Below, in pieces: positions 50,377 to 62,024 of a stretch of 64,000 nucleotides of DNA. Both the position numbers and the translations under genes were made by a program. The stretch comes from Mobula hypostoma (Eukaryota): the NCBI RefSeq assembly GCF_963921235.1, contig NC_086109.1, forward strand, positions 6,574,001-6,638,000, read 5' to 3'. The first letter of the stretch is position 1, and every line of letters begins with the position of its first letter. Under the pieces are notes generated by a model. The model had not been told where the DNA came from. It made no database searches and saw only the letters and a list, made by a program, of their open reading frames with translations.

Positions 50377-51983
50377 TATCTGTACCAGATCAATCAATTA
50401 ATCAGTGCTGTGTTATTGTCACTGTTGATGCGTCTACCCTGAACGCCACCTCTCAGCTCCTGAAGTGGAAACTCAGCAGGTCAGGCAGTTTCTGTGGAGG
50501 AAATAAACTATTGATATAATGGCCTAAATTGTTGATTATCTCCCACCACAGATACTGCCTGATCTGCTGAGCTCCTCCAGCATTTTGTGTGTTGCTCACA
50601 ATTTAGAATGTCTACAGAATTTTGTGTCTATTCTCAGGTGCTAGCAAGTAGACTCCAGTGAGGCAGACAGTCATTGGCTGGCCTCTGCCTTTGTCTCAGT
50701 GGGAGCAACATCACAGTTCATTACCTGCTCTGGATTGTTGAGGGTTGTAGTCAGCCAGCTCCATCACAGACATAGTCCTCCCCATCAGAGGACATCTTCA
50801 AGAGATAGTGCCTCTGGAAAGTGGCATCAATCATTAAGGACCAACACCTTCCAAGACATGCCCTCTTCTTGTTACTACCATTAGAGACGAGGTACAGGAG
50901 TCTGAAGACCCACATTCGATTCAGAAATGGCTTTTTCCCACTCTGTAATCAGATTACCGAACTGTCCATGAGCGCTACTTTACTATTCTTTTGAACTTAA
51001 TTTTACTGTAATTTTAATGTGCTGCAGCCACAAAACAATAAATTTTGTGTCATCTAAGTCAGTGATAATATATCTAATTCTGAAGCATAAGGTTCAACAG
51101 AAGGTATAGAATGACTCCCCATGGTCTTTAACATCTCTTCCAGGCTCACAAGCAGACTGGTCATTGCAATAGACATATCCATGTGTATCCACTCAGTCTT
51201 GCCATTCATGTTCCCCTGCAGTATTCCTCACCTCAGTAATGCAGAGCAGAACGGAGTGCAACTCCAGTCTCCAAGAAGGTAGTACGTTAATTTCTTTAGC
51301 ACACTGCAGAGCTACAGCCTATTAATGTCAGATCTCTTTACATGTGAAATTCACACCTCTAGTCTAACCCGTTCATCGCTTGCAGTGCCAATATCAGAGC
51401 TGAAGCTCAGTTGCGGAAAGTACAATGGTGTAGTATCCTCCTGGCTTGAGCTTTCCTCGTGTGGCGTGAGTGGAGCAACAACTGCACCAGTACAGATGAT
51501 CTTGTCCTCCCATCATATGCTCAACACCACATACAAGGAAAACATAAAAACACTCAAAAGATTCAGCCAGCAAATCAAACTGACAATAAACCACAAAATA
51601 TAATTTCTTTTAATGTTATCTTGTCATTACCATCACCAAAATCTTATAATACAGCAGCTTAGAAATTTTATAAATAAAATGAGTCAGGATGGACAAAGTA
51701 AGGACATTCAGAACAGCATCAATAAACCAGTAACATTTACAGGAGCTTAAATATGGTCTAAAAATCACCAGAATAAAACAGTAAATGAATTTTTTGATTT
51801 ACAGAGTTGGGTAATTTTTCATAGTTCAGAATGCTAGGGAGCAGAGTTTGACCTGTCCAAATTGTCTGCATTTGATCTCAGAAAAACAATTCAATTTTTA
51901 AAATATGACGCATTTGTTCCCTTTCACAGGGTTGGGAGTCTTTAAAGCTCCTTTTCTCTTTTTTTAAATGAAAAAAAATTCCT

Positions 51984-52267
51984 GGGCCAGCTGGTGGCGC
52001 AATGACATTGGTGCTGGATCCGGGAGCGGAGGTTCCCGGGTTCGAAACCAGTCAAGTCCGCTCCTGAGTATGTTTTCCATCCGCGCCGGGTTGAGTGTCG
52101 AGATCGCAACTCGACCTCATAAAATAAAGGGGAAAATACTGCGGATATGTCTGTGTGAGGAGTGGCGTGACACACCGTCTCTCTCTCACTCCGCGCCTTG
52201 TAAATCCATGAAAAAGACATCACGCACACACAGAGACTCGTATGCACACAGGCACGCACCAAAAAAA
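51984..52267 (+). mobile_element. tRNA-derived SINE (related copy at ~30250-30465 on the - strand)
   Basis: A-box TGGCGCAATG, B-box GGTTCGAAACC, A-rich end; no full cloverleaf. Confidence 0.7.
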
Positions 52268-53010
52268 GGGGGAAAAACTCCTTTTCTCAAAGAATGGCAG
52301 GCGGGAAACAGAATCTTTGAATTATTTTATATTTTTGAATGATAAGCAGAGGATGAAAGGTAAAACCAGGTCGAGAGCAAAGCAGAATTTAAGTTCGTTA
52401 GGTCAGCCATGAACTTGTTAAACGACAGAGCATCCTGAGAGGCCGGCTCCTTGCACACTTTCCATCCATGTTGGGTTTAGCGTCAAGCTAGCAACTCAAC
52501 CTCATAAAAAACAAATATTAAAGAAATGGCAATGTTGCCACCCGATGTGCCAGAAAGTGTAGAAAGGAGCAACGATATATAAAAATTAAGTAAGCAAAAA
52601 AGAGGAAAAATATTGAGGAAGTGTTCACGATTCATTGTTCATTCAAAAATCTGATGGCAGAGGGGAAGAAGCTGTTCCTGAAATGTTGAGTGCGTGCCTT
52701 CAGGCTCCTGCACCTCCTCAATGGTAGCAATGAGAAGAGGGCATGTCCGGGGTGATAGGGGTCCTTAATGATGGATGCTGCCTCTTTCGAAGATGTCCCA
52801 GATGCTGTGCCAATGATGAAGTTGGCTGAATTTATGATTTTTTCCATCTTTTTCCGATCTGGTGCAGTGGCCCTTCCATACCAGATGGTGATGCAACCAG
52901 TTAGAATACTATCCATGCTACATCTATAGAAGCTTTCAAGTGTCTTTGGTGACATACCAATTCTCCTCAAACTGCTAATAAAACATAGCTGCAGCCATGC
53001 CTCCTTTCTA

Positions 53011-54614
53011 CAAACCCTATTTCCAGAAAAGTTGGGATATTTTCCAAAATGCAATAAAAACAAAAATCTGTGATATGTTAATTCACGTGAACCTTTATTT
53101 AACTGACAAAAGTACAAAGAAAAGATTTTCAATAGTTTTACTGACCAACTTAATTGTATTTTGTAAATATACACAAATTTAGAATTTGATGGCTGCAACA
53201 CACTCAACAAACGTTGGGACAGAGGCATGTTTACCATTGTGTTACATCACCTTTCCTTTTAATAACACTTTATAATCATTTTGGAACTGAGGGTACTAAT
53301 TGTAGTAGATTTGCAATTGGAAATTTTGTCCATTCTTGCTTGATATAAGACTTCAGCTGCTCAACAGTCCGTGGTCTCCGTTGTCTGATTCTCCTCTTCA
53401 TGACGCGCAGTACATTTTCAATAGGAGATAGATCTGGACTGGCAGCAGGCCAGTCAAGCACACGCACTCTGTGTCTACAAAGCCACGCTGTTGTAGCCCG
53501 TGCAGAATGTGGTCTGGCATTGTCCTGCTGAAATAAGCATGGACGTCCCGGAAAGAGACGTCGCCTTGATGGCAACATATGTCTCTCTAAAATCCTAATA
53601 TACGCCTCAGAGTCAATGGTACCTTCACATACATGCAACTCATCCATGCCGTGGGCACGGGTGCACCCCCATACCATCACAGATGCTTGGTTTTGCACCT
53701 TTCGCTGATAACAATCTGGATGATCGTTTTCATCTTTGGCACGGAGAACTCGACGCCCGTTTTTTCTGAAAACTAGCTGAAATGTGGACTCATCTGACCA
53801 CAGCACACGGTTCCACAGTCTTTCGGTCCATCTTAGATGAGCTCAGGCCCAGAGAACTCACCGGCGTTTCTGCATAGAGTTGATGTATGGCTTCCTCCTT
53901 GCGTAATACAGTTTCAAGTTACATTTCTGGATGCAGCGACGGACTGTGTTGAGTGACAATGGTTTTCCGAAGTACTCCCGAGCCCGGGTGGCTATAATTG
54001 TCACAGTAGCATGACGGTTTCTTAGGCAGTGCCGCCTGAGGGCTCGAAGATCACGCGCATTCAATAGTGGTTTCCGACCTTGCCCCTTACGCACTGAGAT
54101 GTCTCTGAATTCTCTGAATCTTCTCACAATATTAAGTACTGTAGATGTTGAAAGACCTAAATTCTCTGCAATCTTGCGTTGAGAAATGTTCCTTTTGAAC
54201 TGACTAACAATTCTCTCACGAAATTTGGCACCAAGGGGTGAGCCACGACCCATCTTTGCTTGCAAAGACTGAGTCTTTGATGGACGCTACTTTTATACCC
54301 AGTCGTGATACCTCACCTGCTACCAATTAGCCTGCTTAATGTGGAGTCTTCCAAACCGGTATTACTTGAATATTCTGTGCACTTTTCAATCTTATTTTAA
54401 CTCTGTCCCAACTTTTGTTGAGTGTGTTGCAGCCATCAAATTCTAAATTTGTGTATATTTACAAAATACAATTAAGTTGGTCAGTAAAACTACTGAAAAT
54501 CTTTTCTTTGTACTTTTGTCAGTTAAATAAAGGTTCACGTGAATTAACATATCACAGATTTTTGTTTTTATTGCATTTTGGAAAATATCCCAACTTTTCT
54601 GGAAATGGGGTTTG
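53011..54614 (-). mobile_element. Full-length Tc1 (DD34E, IR/DR-type) transposon
   Basis: TA TSD; ~210-bp near-perfect TIRs (53011-53221 / 54404-54614) with internal GTTGGGA direct repeats. Confidence 0.95.
53231..54253 (-). pseudogene. Tc1 transposase (340 codons, 4 in-frame stops, no frameshift)
   Basis: MGRGSPL... HTH; WSDE, QQDNA and SPIEN with 34 residues between the second D and E; stops at about 53858, 53843, 53276 and 53270. Confidence 0.9.
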
Positions 54615-54917
54615 TAATTGTATCAATATGTTGGGCTCAAGATAAATCCTCAGAGATGTTGACATTCAGGAACTTGAAACTGCTCACCCTTTTTATTTCT
54701 GATCCCTTGATGAGGACTGGTGTGTTCCCTCGACTTACCTTTCCTGAAGTACACAATCAATTCTTTGGTCTTACTGACATTGAGTGCAAGATTGTTGCTG
54801 CGACCACACAACCAGCTGATCTATCTCAATGCTGTACATGTCCTTGTAACAACCTTAAATTCAGCAAACAATAGTCATGTTGTCAGCAAATTTACAGATG
54901 GCATTTGAGCTGTACCT

Positions 54918-57762
54918 CGCTCTGGCTATCCATCCTATAGGATGATGATGGTTCCTTTCAGTCAGTTATTGGGGTTTGATATGCGTGTCCTGGAGTGGGT
55001 GTACAGGCCGATCCTTGACGGGCACTGCTTGCCACATACTTGGCAGGTGAGGTTTGGAGGGGCAGCAGGAGCAGAAGCTCCTGTGCCTTTCCTCTGTTGC
55101 CTCACTGAGCTTGCTCTCAGCAGCGTCCACACCTTTTCTGATGGCGTCACTCCACTGTGAGCGATCTTGAGCCAGATCCTCCCATGTTGGTGGGGCAATG
55201 TCAGCTTTCTTGAGGCTCCTGTGCAGAACATCCTTGTACCATAGTCGCTGGCCTCCTCGTTTTTGGGTACCACTGGACAGTTGGCCGTACAAGATGTCCT
55301 TGGGCAGTCTTCCGTCAGGCATTCTGACAACATGTCCTGCCCAGTGCAGTCGGTCTGACATCACCAAGGTTGAAACTACTGGCATTCCGGCTCGAGAGAA
55401 GACCTCGGTATTGGAGACCTTGTCTCGCCAGGTTATCTTCATCAGAGAACGTAGGTGATGCTACTGCAGTTGGTCAAGCTGGCGTGTCTCTGATATGGGC
55501 ACCATGTCTCACATCTGTATAACAAGGCTGATATGACAATGGCCTTGTATACCTTGCACACCTTGCACTTAGTGGCCAACCTGACGTTCTGTGATCAAAC
55601 TCGATCTTTCAGCTGACCAAAGGCAAAGCAGGCTTTTCTGGTTCTTGACTCAAGCTCTACATCCAGAGAAGCTGAGAATGTTATTATGCTACACAGGTAG
55701 CAAAACTTGTTGACAGCCTTGAGACGAGTGTCATCAATGAGGACAGTTGGTTCTTCATAGCTCGAGCCAGGAGCCGGTTGGTACAAAACTTCCATCTTCT
55801 TCAGGCTGATTTGTCAGTTCGAAGCTTTTGGCTGCACTGGCAAAGCGACTAGTGATCTCCTGTAAGTTTTTGAGAGAGTGGGCAACCAGTGCACAGTCAT
55901 CAACAAACTGTAGCTCATGCACCACAATGTCCCCGACTTTTGTTTTTGCTCTCAAACTTGCGAGGTTGAGCAGCCCGCCATCAGCCCTCGTTTGTAGGAA
56001 GACCCCTAACTTCAGGTCTGATGTGGCATCCTGAAGAACAGCAGCGAAGAATAGTCTAGAGTAGGAGCCAGAACACAACCCTGTTTTACGCCGTTGCTGA
56101 TGGAAAATGGGTCTGACAACTCACCACACATGTTGATGCGGCCTTCCATGCCTTCGTGGAATTGACGGATGATGTTGGTTAGGCATGGGGGGGGGGCCAC
56201 TGAATTTTGGTAGGAGCTTCCACAGGCCTTCTCTACCAACAGTGTCAATGCTTTGGTTAGGTCAACAAATGTGACATAGAGACTTCTCTGCTGCTCAACA
56301 CATTTCTCTTGGAGCTGCCTCAGTGAAAAGATCATGTCCACTGTACTACGGCCTGTTCGAAAACCACACTGGCTTTCTGGAAGGATGTTGTCACTGATGT
56401 TGGACACCAAGCGTCTAAGGATGATCTTCGCGAGGCATTTTCCCGCAACTGACAGTCTCCCTTGTTCTTGTAGATGGTCATGATTGATGAGTCTTTGAAT
56501 TCTTGTGTAGTTCTGTAGCTCCCCACAACTTTATGAACAGCTGGTGCAGGCATGATGTCAGTGTGTGACCACCACACTGGTAGATCTCGGCTGCGATATC
56601 GTCAGGCCCTGGTGCTTTGTTGGGTTTTAGCTGTTTGATGGCTTTGATGACCTCGTGAAGAGTAGGGGGAGCATCTAGCTCGAACGGTATGGGTCAAAGG
56701 TGTACTCTGCCCAGTGCTTCATCGGTGATGGTTCCTGGTCTGTTCAGCAGCTTGTGGAAGTGTTCTTGCCATCTTTTCATGTGCTCTGACTTCTCAGTGA
56801 AGATGGATGTACTGTCCTTGCTCAGGAGTTGTGAGGTGCCTTGTTTTGATGGACCATACACAACCTTGATTGCTTCATAGAAGCTTCTTGAGTCATTACA
56901 GTCAGTGAAGGCTTGTAACTCCTTGGCCTTGTTCGCCCACCATCAGTCTTTCATAGCTCTGAGCTGCCTCTGCAAAGTTGAGTTTGCACTCAAAAAGGCA
57001 CGATTTTTGGAACTTGAGTTTGGGTGTTGAAGAAGAGCTTGGTGTGCAGCTGCCTTAGCTCTTAGAAGGTCTTGCACAGATTGGTTGCTCTCATCAAACC
57101 AGTCCGATGCTTGCGCTTGACTTTCCCCAAGGTGGCCTGGGCAGCGCTGTAGACCGTTTCTTTGAAGGCATTCCAGTGCTCAGTAATATCGTCTGGTGGA
57201 TTCTCAACCAGTCTGCTTACAGCAGTTTCCATAGATGATTTCAGGGCATCAGCACAGTCATGATGTTTCAATTTGGTGGTGTTCAGCTTTTTGGGTGGTT
57301 TGGCAGCATTCAGTCTGTGTGGAGGTTTGATCAATAGACATAGATCCGACCACACCATTTGGCTCACTGTAGAATGCCTCCTTAACTTCACTGGGATTAG
57401 TCAAAGAGTTGGGGCATAAACATTGACTATAGTGAGGTAGCACAGGTCCAGACCCACCCTCTCAACGTCTCCTCCTGGAGCCAGCAGCATGGCAGGGTCC
57501 AAGACGGCTGGGGGAAGTTCTGTTCCAGTGAATGGCTAGACCAAGCTTCGACGCAGGGGATGCCCTTTCTGCGCTTCACAGCACGTGTTTGCTAGATGGC
57601 CGTTGACCCTATGACAGGGTTCATCCGCCCTTTGATAGGTCTAGTTTTTCATCCTGCAGGGTGTCTAGCCTGCTGGGGGAGCCGGTTTAGTCGCCAACCA
57701 CCCAACCATGTGACAGGTAGTACTGGGTTACAGGGTACCAGTAGCACTCAGACGAGTGACCC
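54918..57762 (-). mobile_element. RTE (BovB-like) LINE with 5' UTR, largely deleted endonuclease, RT and C-terminal C2H2-like motif
   Basis: ILPESQCGFRTGRSTVDMIFSLRQLQEKC, GVKQGCVLAPTL, QFVDDCAL, RLPKDILYGQL, CQVCGKQCPSRIGLYTH; GTACCT on both flanks. Confidence 0.9.
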
Positions 57763-58599
57763 GTACCTAACCACACAGTCAAGGGTGTAGAGAGAGTACA
57801 GCATTGAGCTAATCAAGCATCCTTGAGGCGTGCCAGTGTTGATTGTCAGCGAAGAGGAGATATAACTTCGGATCCACACAGACTGTGGTTTTCCAATGAG
57901 GAAGTTAAAGATTCAGTTGCAGAGGGAGGTACAGCAGCCCAGGTTTTGGAGTACTTTGGTTAGAATTGAGAGTATGATTGTGTGATTGTGTTGAATGATG
58001 AGCTGTAGTCAATAGACAGCAGCCTGACATAAGAATGCATCCAGTGAAATTACATCCTCTGTAGACCTATTGTGCGTTAGGCAAATTGCAGATTGTCCAG
58101 GCCCTTGCTTAGGCAGAAGTTGATCATAGCCATGCCCAACCTCTCAGAGCACTTCATCAAAGTTGATGCCAGTGCCACTGGGTGATAGTCACTGAGGTAG
58201 TTCACCCTGTTCTTCTTGGGCAATGGTACGATTGTCACGTTTTTGAAGCAGGTGGAACCTCTGGCTGTAGCAAAGACAGATTGAAGATGTCCTTGAACAC
58301 TCCCACCAGTTGGTTAGCACAGGTTTTCAGAACCATGCTAGTTACACCATCATTTTCTGCTGTAGTTATCCATTTGCAATATTTGTTCAGATTCTCTCTC
58401 AATGAACAGAACCTAATTTGCAGTATACACCTTGCGTTTTTCACTTTTTCATATTCCTGCTTATATCCTCTGACTGCTCCAATTAAAAAAAGCTTTTGTT
58501 CTATTTCTCCCCAGCTGCTCCTTTTAGCCCATTCACTAGATGATCTGTCATGGCCTCCCAGTTATCATTCCCATAATGGATATCAAGCAGTAGTAAATC

Positions 58600-59035
58600 A
58601 AAGCAACTGGATTTGCTGCATTGTCTAGAAGACATTTCACCACTCCTCTGAAAGGCTTCTTCAGTTCTGATCCATGGTGAGTAGTTTTCTGGCTTATAAA
58701 CTCTGAATTGTTTAAAGGTATAGCAATTACATGAGTGTCGTTAAGAGTTGTGGAGGTAATGAGATGGTCATTAAACTTATCTATGCATGAATGGAGGCGT
58801 GAACTGTTGTGGAAACGTCAGGGTCGAGATGTTAGGACTGCATTGTAAGTAGCTGATAGGTGGTGTCGCACCTCACCTCCCTCTGTTCAGGGACAGGTTT
58901 TCCGGTTTAACAAAGATTTAAACCTTCTTTCAAACTACTTGTCCTCCCTGTCCAAAATATACACATTGTTATCAAAGGAGTGTCCCTTATCCTTTAGGTG
59001 TAAATATACAGCCGAGTCTTGACTTGAGGAAAACT
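58600..59035 (-). mobile_element. Penelope-like 3' fragment of a second family, with hammerhead-like end
   Basis: SSQDSAVYLHLKDKGHSF..NVYILDRED..LNR remnant; AGAA-CUGAAGA-...-GAA-AUGU-C-UUCU at 58627-58668. Confidence 0.7.
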
Positions 59036-60019
59036 ACTCAGCTATACATTGATCTGGGTGACTGAGAACTTTTATGGACATATTCCTGTATTGGAGATAT
59101 TCCCTTTGCTCCCCACCTTCTCCGCAATTTAAAACTTGTGTTCTGTCTTTCCTGGTTCTGACAACAAGCTTCGAACTGAATCATGAAACATTCGTTTTTC
59201 CAACTGACCACTGCCTAACCAACTAAGTGTACTACTTCTTTGCTTTTATTTCGGTGAAGAATTACAGCCACACATCACAGATTATACAAATTCTTGATGA
59301 CAGAGAGCATACTAAATTGGAGGAATAGGCACCACCCACTTCAGGAAGACGAAAGGAGAACCAGATTTGGATATAGTCAAAGGTGCACCACTTACCCTAT
59401 AGAGTGAAAACACCACAGCTTGTTAATAAGCCCCAAGAGAAATACAACCTGTTAGCACCAGATCTGGAAGGAGAGTCCCTCAACCCAAACATCTGAAAGA
59501 CATATGCAACCAACCAATTACCTCCAACGTTTGCTTTTCATTAATAAAAGATGTTGTGCATGCTGCTTATCTAACATTGAGTCTATAGCACTTTAAAAAT
59601 AGTAGCACAACAAACAACATGTTGCATGTTGCTACAAATGCTTCAATCAGTACAAAACAGTAGTGTATGTCAGGGCTATTATATCCCCCACAGCAATCTT
59701 TTTCTTTGTTTACTATTTTGTACGGAACAGACCCTTCTGGCTTAATGAGCCACACCACCCAGCAACCTATTTAACCTTAGCCTAATCACAGGACAATTTG
59801 CAATGACCAATTAACTTAATAACCAACACAACTTTAGAATGTGAGAGGAAACCAATGCACTCGTAGGAAGGATGTACAAATTTCATACAGATGGCGTGGA
59901 AATTGAAATCCCAACTCCCAATGCTGCACACTGTAAAAGCCTTGCACTGACTGCTACAATACCATGGGTCTTTGCCTTTAAGTAGAGGTAGTTACTACTT
60001 AACATGGACCAAAGAGCTA

Positions 60020-61140
60020 AATACCAGAGGTTAGGTGAGAGTGATAACCTTGACTTCAAAGCAGCATTTGACCGAGTACGGCTTCAAAGTGCCCTAGCTT
60101 TAAGGGGAAAACCCTCTGCTGGTTGGAATCATACCTGACACAAAGGAAGATGGTTGTGGTGGTTGGAGGTCAAACATTTCATCTTCAGGATATCACTGCA
60201 GGAGTTCCTCAGGGAAGTGTCCTAGGACCAACCATCTTCAGCTGCTTCATCAATGATCTTCCTTCCGTCATAAGGTCAGAAGTGGGGACATTCGCAGATG
60301 ACTGCACAATGTTCTGCACCATTTGTGACTCCTCAGATAGTAAAGAAGTTCATACCCAAATGCAGCAGGACCTGGACAATATCCAGGCTTGGGCTGACAA
60401 CTGGCAAGTAACATTTAAGCCAAGCAAATGCCAGGCAATGACCATCTCCAACAAGAGAGGCTCTAACCATCATCCCCTTGACATTCAGTGGCATCACCGT
60501 TACTGAATCCCCCACTATCAATATCCTGGGAGTTATCATTGACAGGAAACTGAACTGGTCTAGCCATATAAACACCGTGGCTACCAGAGCAGGTCAAAGG
60601 CTAAGAACTCTTCTCCTGACTCCCCAAAGCTTGTCCACCATCTACAAGGCTCAGGTCAGGAGTATAATGGAATACACATCATTTACCTGGATGAGTGCAG
60701 TTCCATCAACACTCAAGAAGCTTGACATCATCCAGTACAAGGCAGCCAACTTGATTGGTACCTCTTCCACAAGCATCCAATCCCTCCTCCACCATCAACA
60801 AACATTTGCACAAGTGTGAAGTGTGTACTAGCTACAAGATGCACTGCAAGAACAGACCAAGTTCCTAAGGCAGCACCTTCTAGACCCATGACCTCTACCA
60901 TCTAGAAGGATGAAAGCCGCACCACTTGGAAATCCCCCTCCAAGTCACTCACCATCCTAACTTGGAAAAATATCACTGTCCCTTCATTGTCACTGGAATT
61001 CCCTCCTTAACAGCACTATGGATGTATCTACACCTTGGACTGCAATGGTTCAAAAAGGTAGTTCATCGCCACCTTATCAAGGGCAAATAAGGATGGGCAA
61101 TAAATGCTGAGTTAGCTGGTGACCCCTACATCCCATAAAT
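60020..61140 (+). mobile_element. CR1-clade LINE RT / 3' fragment (related pieces at 7150-7400 and 30800-31255)
   Basis: AGVPQGSVLGPTIFSCFINDL, FADD, QQDLDNIQAWADNWQVTF, LGVIIDRKLNW. Confidence 0.85.
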
Positions 61141-62024
61141 TAATTTTAAAAAGGCAATGCATAGCACATATTTCGTATGAGTATTACTTTCTAGTTATCA
61201 AACTCATACCTGAAAGCTGTCCTGCAATTACACCATACAAACATAGCTGCAGAGCTGCAAGTGGAATTGAGCTGGCATTCCCACTGAGCTTACAACAGGG
61301 CACTAACAAAGCTACTTAAAATGGTTGGGCCTCACACCACTAAAAATTTCCTGAGATGAGTTACCTCCAAGAACCAAAAACTATCAAAAACCAAGATGAC
61401 AAAGAAGGGATTGGTGCATAGTGTGCATATGGAGGGATAAGGCTGGAGTGGACAAGTGGCATGGAGAAGTTAAGACAGTTAATGTCACTTCAGAAAAGTG
61501 CCCACAGAAAAAGAATCTCAGGGTTGTATGCGTGACATGTATGTACTCTGGTAAGAAAATTTTACTTTGAACATTCAGCTATTAGAAGTGTAAAGTGTCC
61601 AAGAGGAAGAGAAGCTTTGGAGAAGGGAAAAGTACATGGAGTGGTAAGGATCTCTTTCCAAAGAGGTGGAAACAATTGAGTAATAGCTCAACATCATGAC
61701 AGGCCCGGAACGTGATGAGATATGGGTGCAAGGACACAGAGGTGAAGCATCTGCTGAGTGGAGATTGTTCAGCATCAGGGGGGTGGTGTGGGTGGGGGCT
61801 GTGGGTGGAATAGTGAAGACACGACAGTAGTTGGGGTCAAGTAGGATCTTGACTCGAAATTTTGGTTATCCCTTTGCTTCCATGCTGATGTAATGATCAG
61901 GAAGCACATCAGCATCTAAGAAGTTCAGTTTGTCCTTGAGGATTAGAAACATGGAAACCTTACAGCACAATACAGGCCCTTTGGCCCACAAAGCTGTGCC
62001 GAACACATCCTTACCTTAGAACTA

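Larger units (their letters stand above)
52630..58350 (-). mobile_element. Rex1/Babar LINE split by Tc1 and RTE insertions
   Basis: Collinear pieces at 52630-53010, 54615-54917 and 57763-58350 (LKTCANQLVGVFKDIFNLSL ... LRRIGMSPKTLESFYRC). Confidence 0.8.

Noticed and set aside
51984..52060. Second tRNA gene
   Set aside because: Has A and B boxes but no acceptor or anticodon stems and continues into a SINE body
52632..53237. 201-aa ORF as a novel protein
   Set aside because: Chance read-through from the Tc1 TIR into a Rex1 fragment
57660..57762. HDV-like ribozyme at the RTE 5' end
   Set aside because: A GGGUCAC/GUAACCC pairing is visible but P1.1, P3 and J4/2 could not be assembled by eye; an Infernal or RNArobo search is needed
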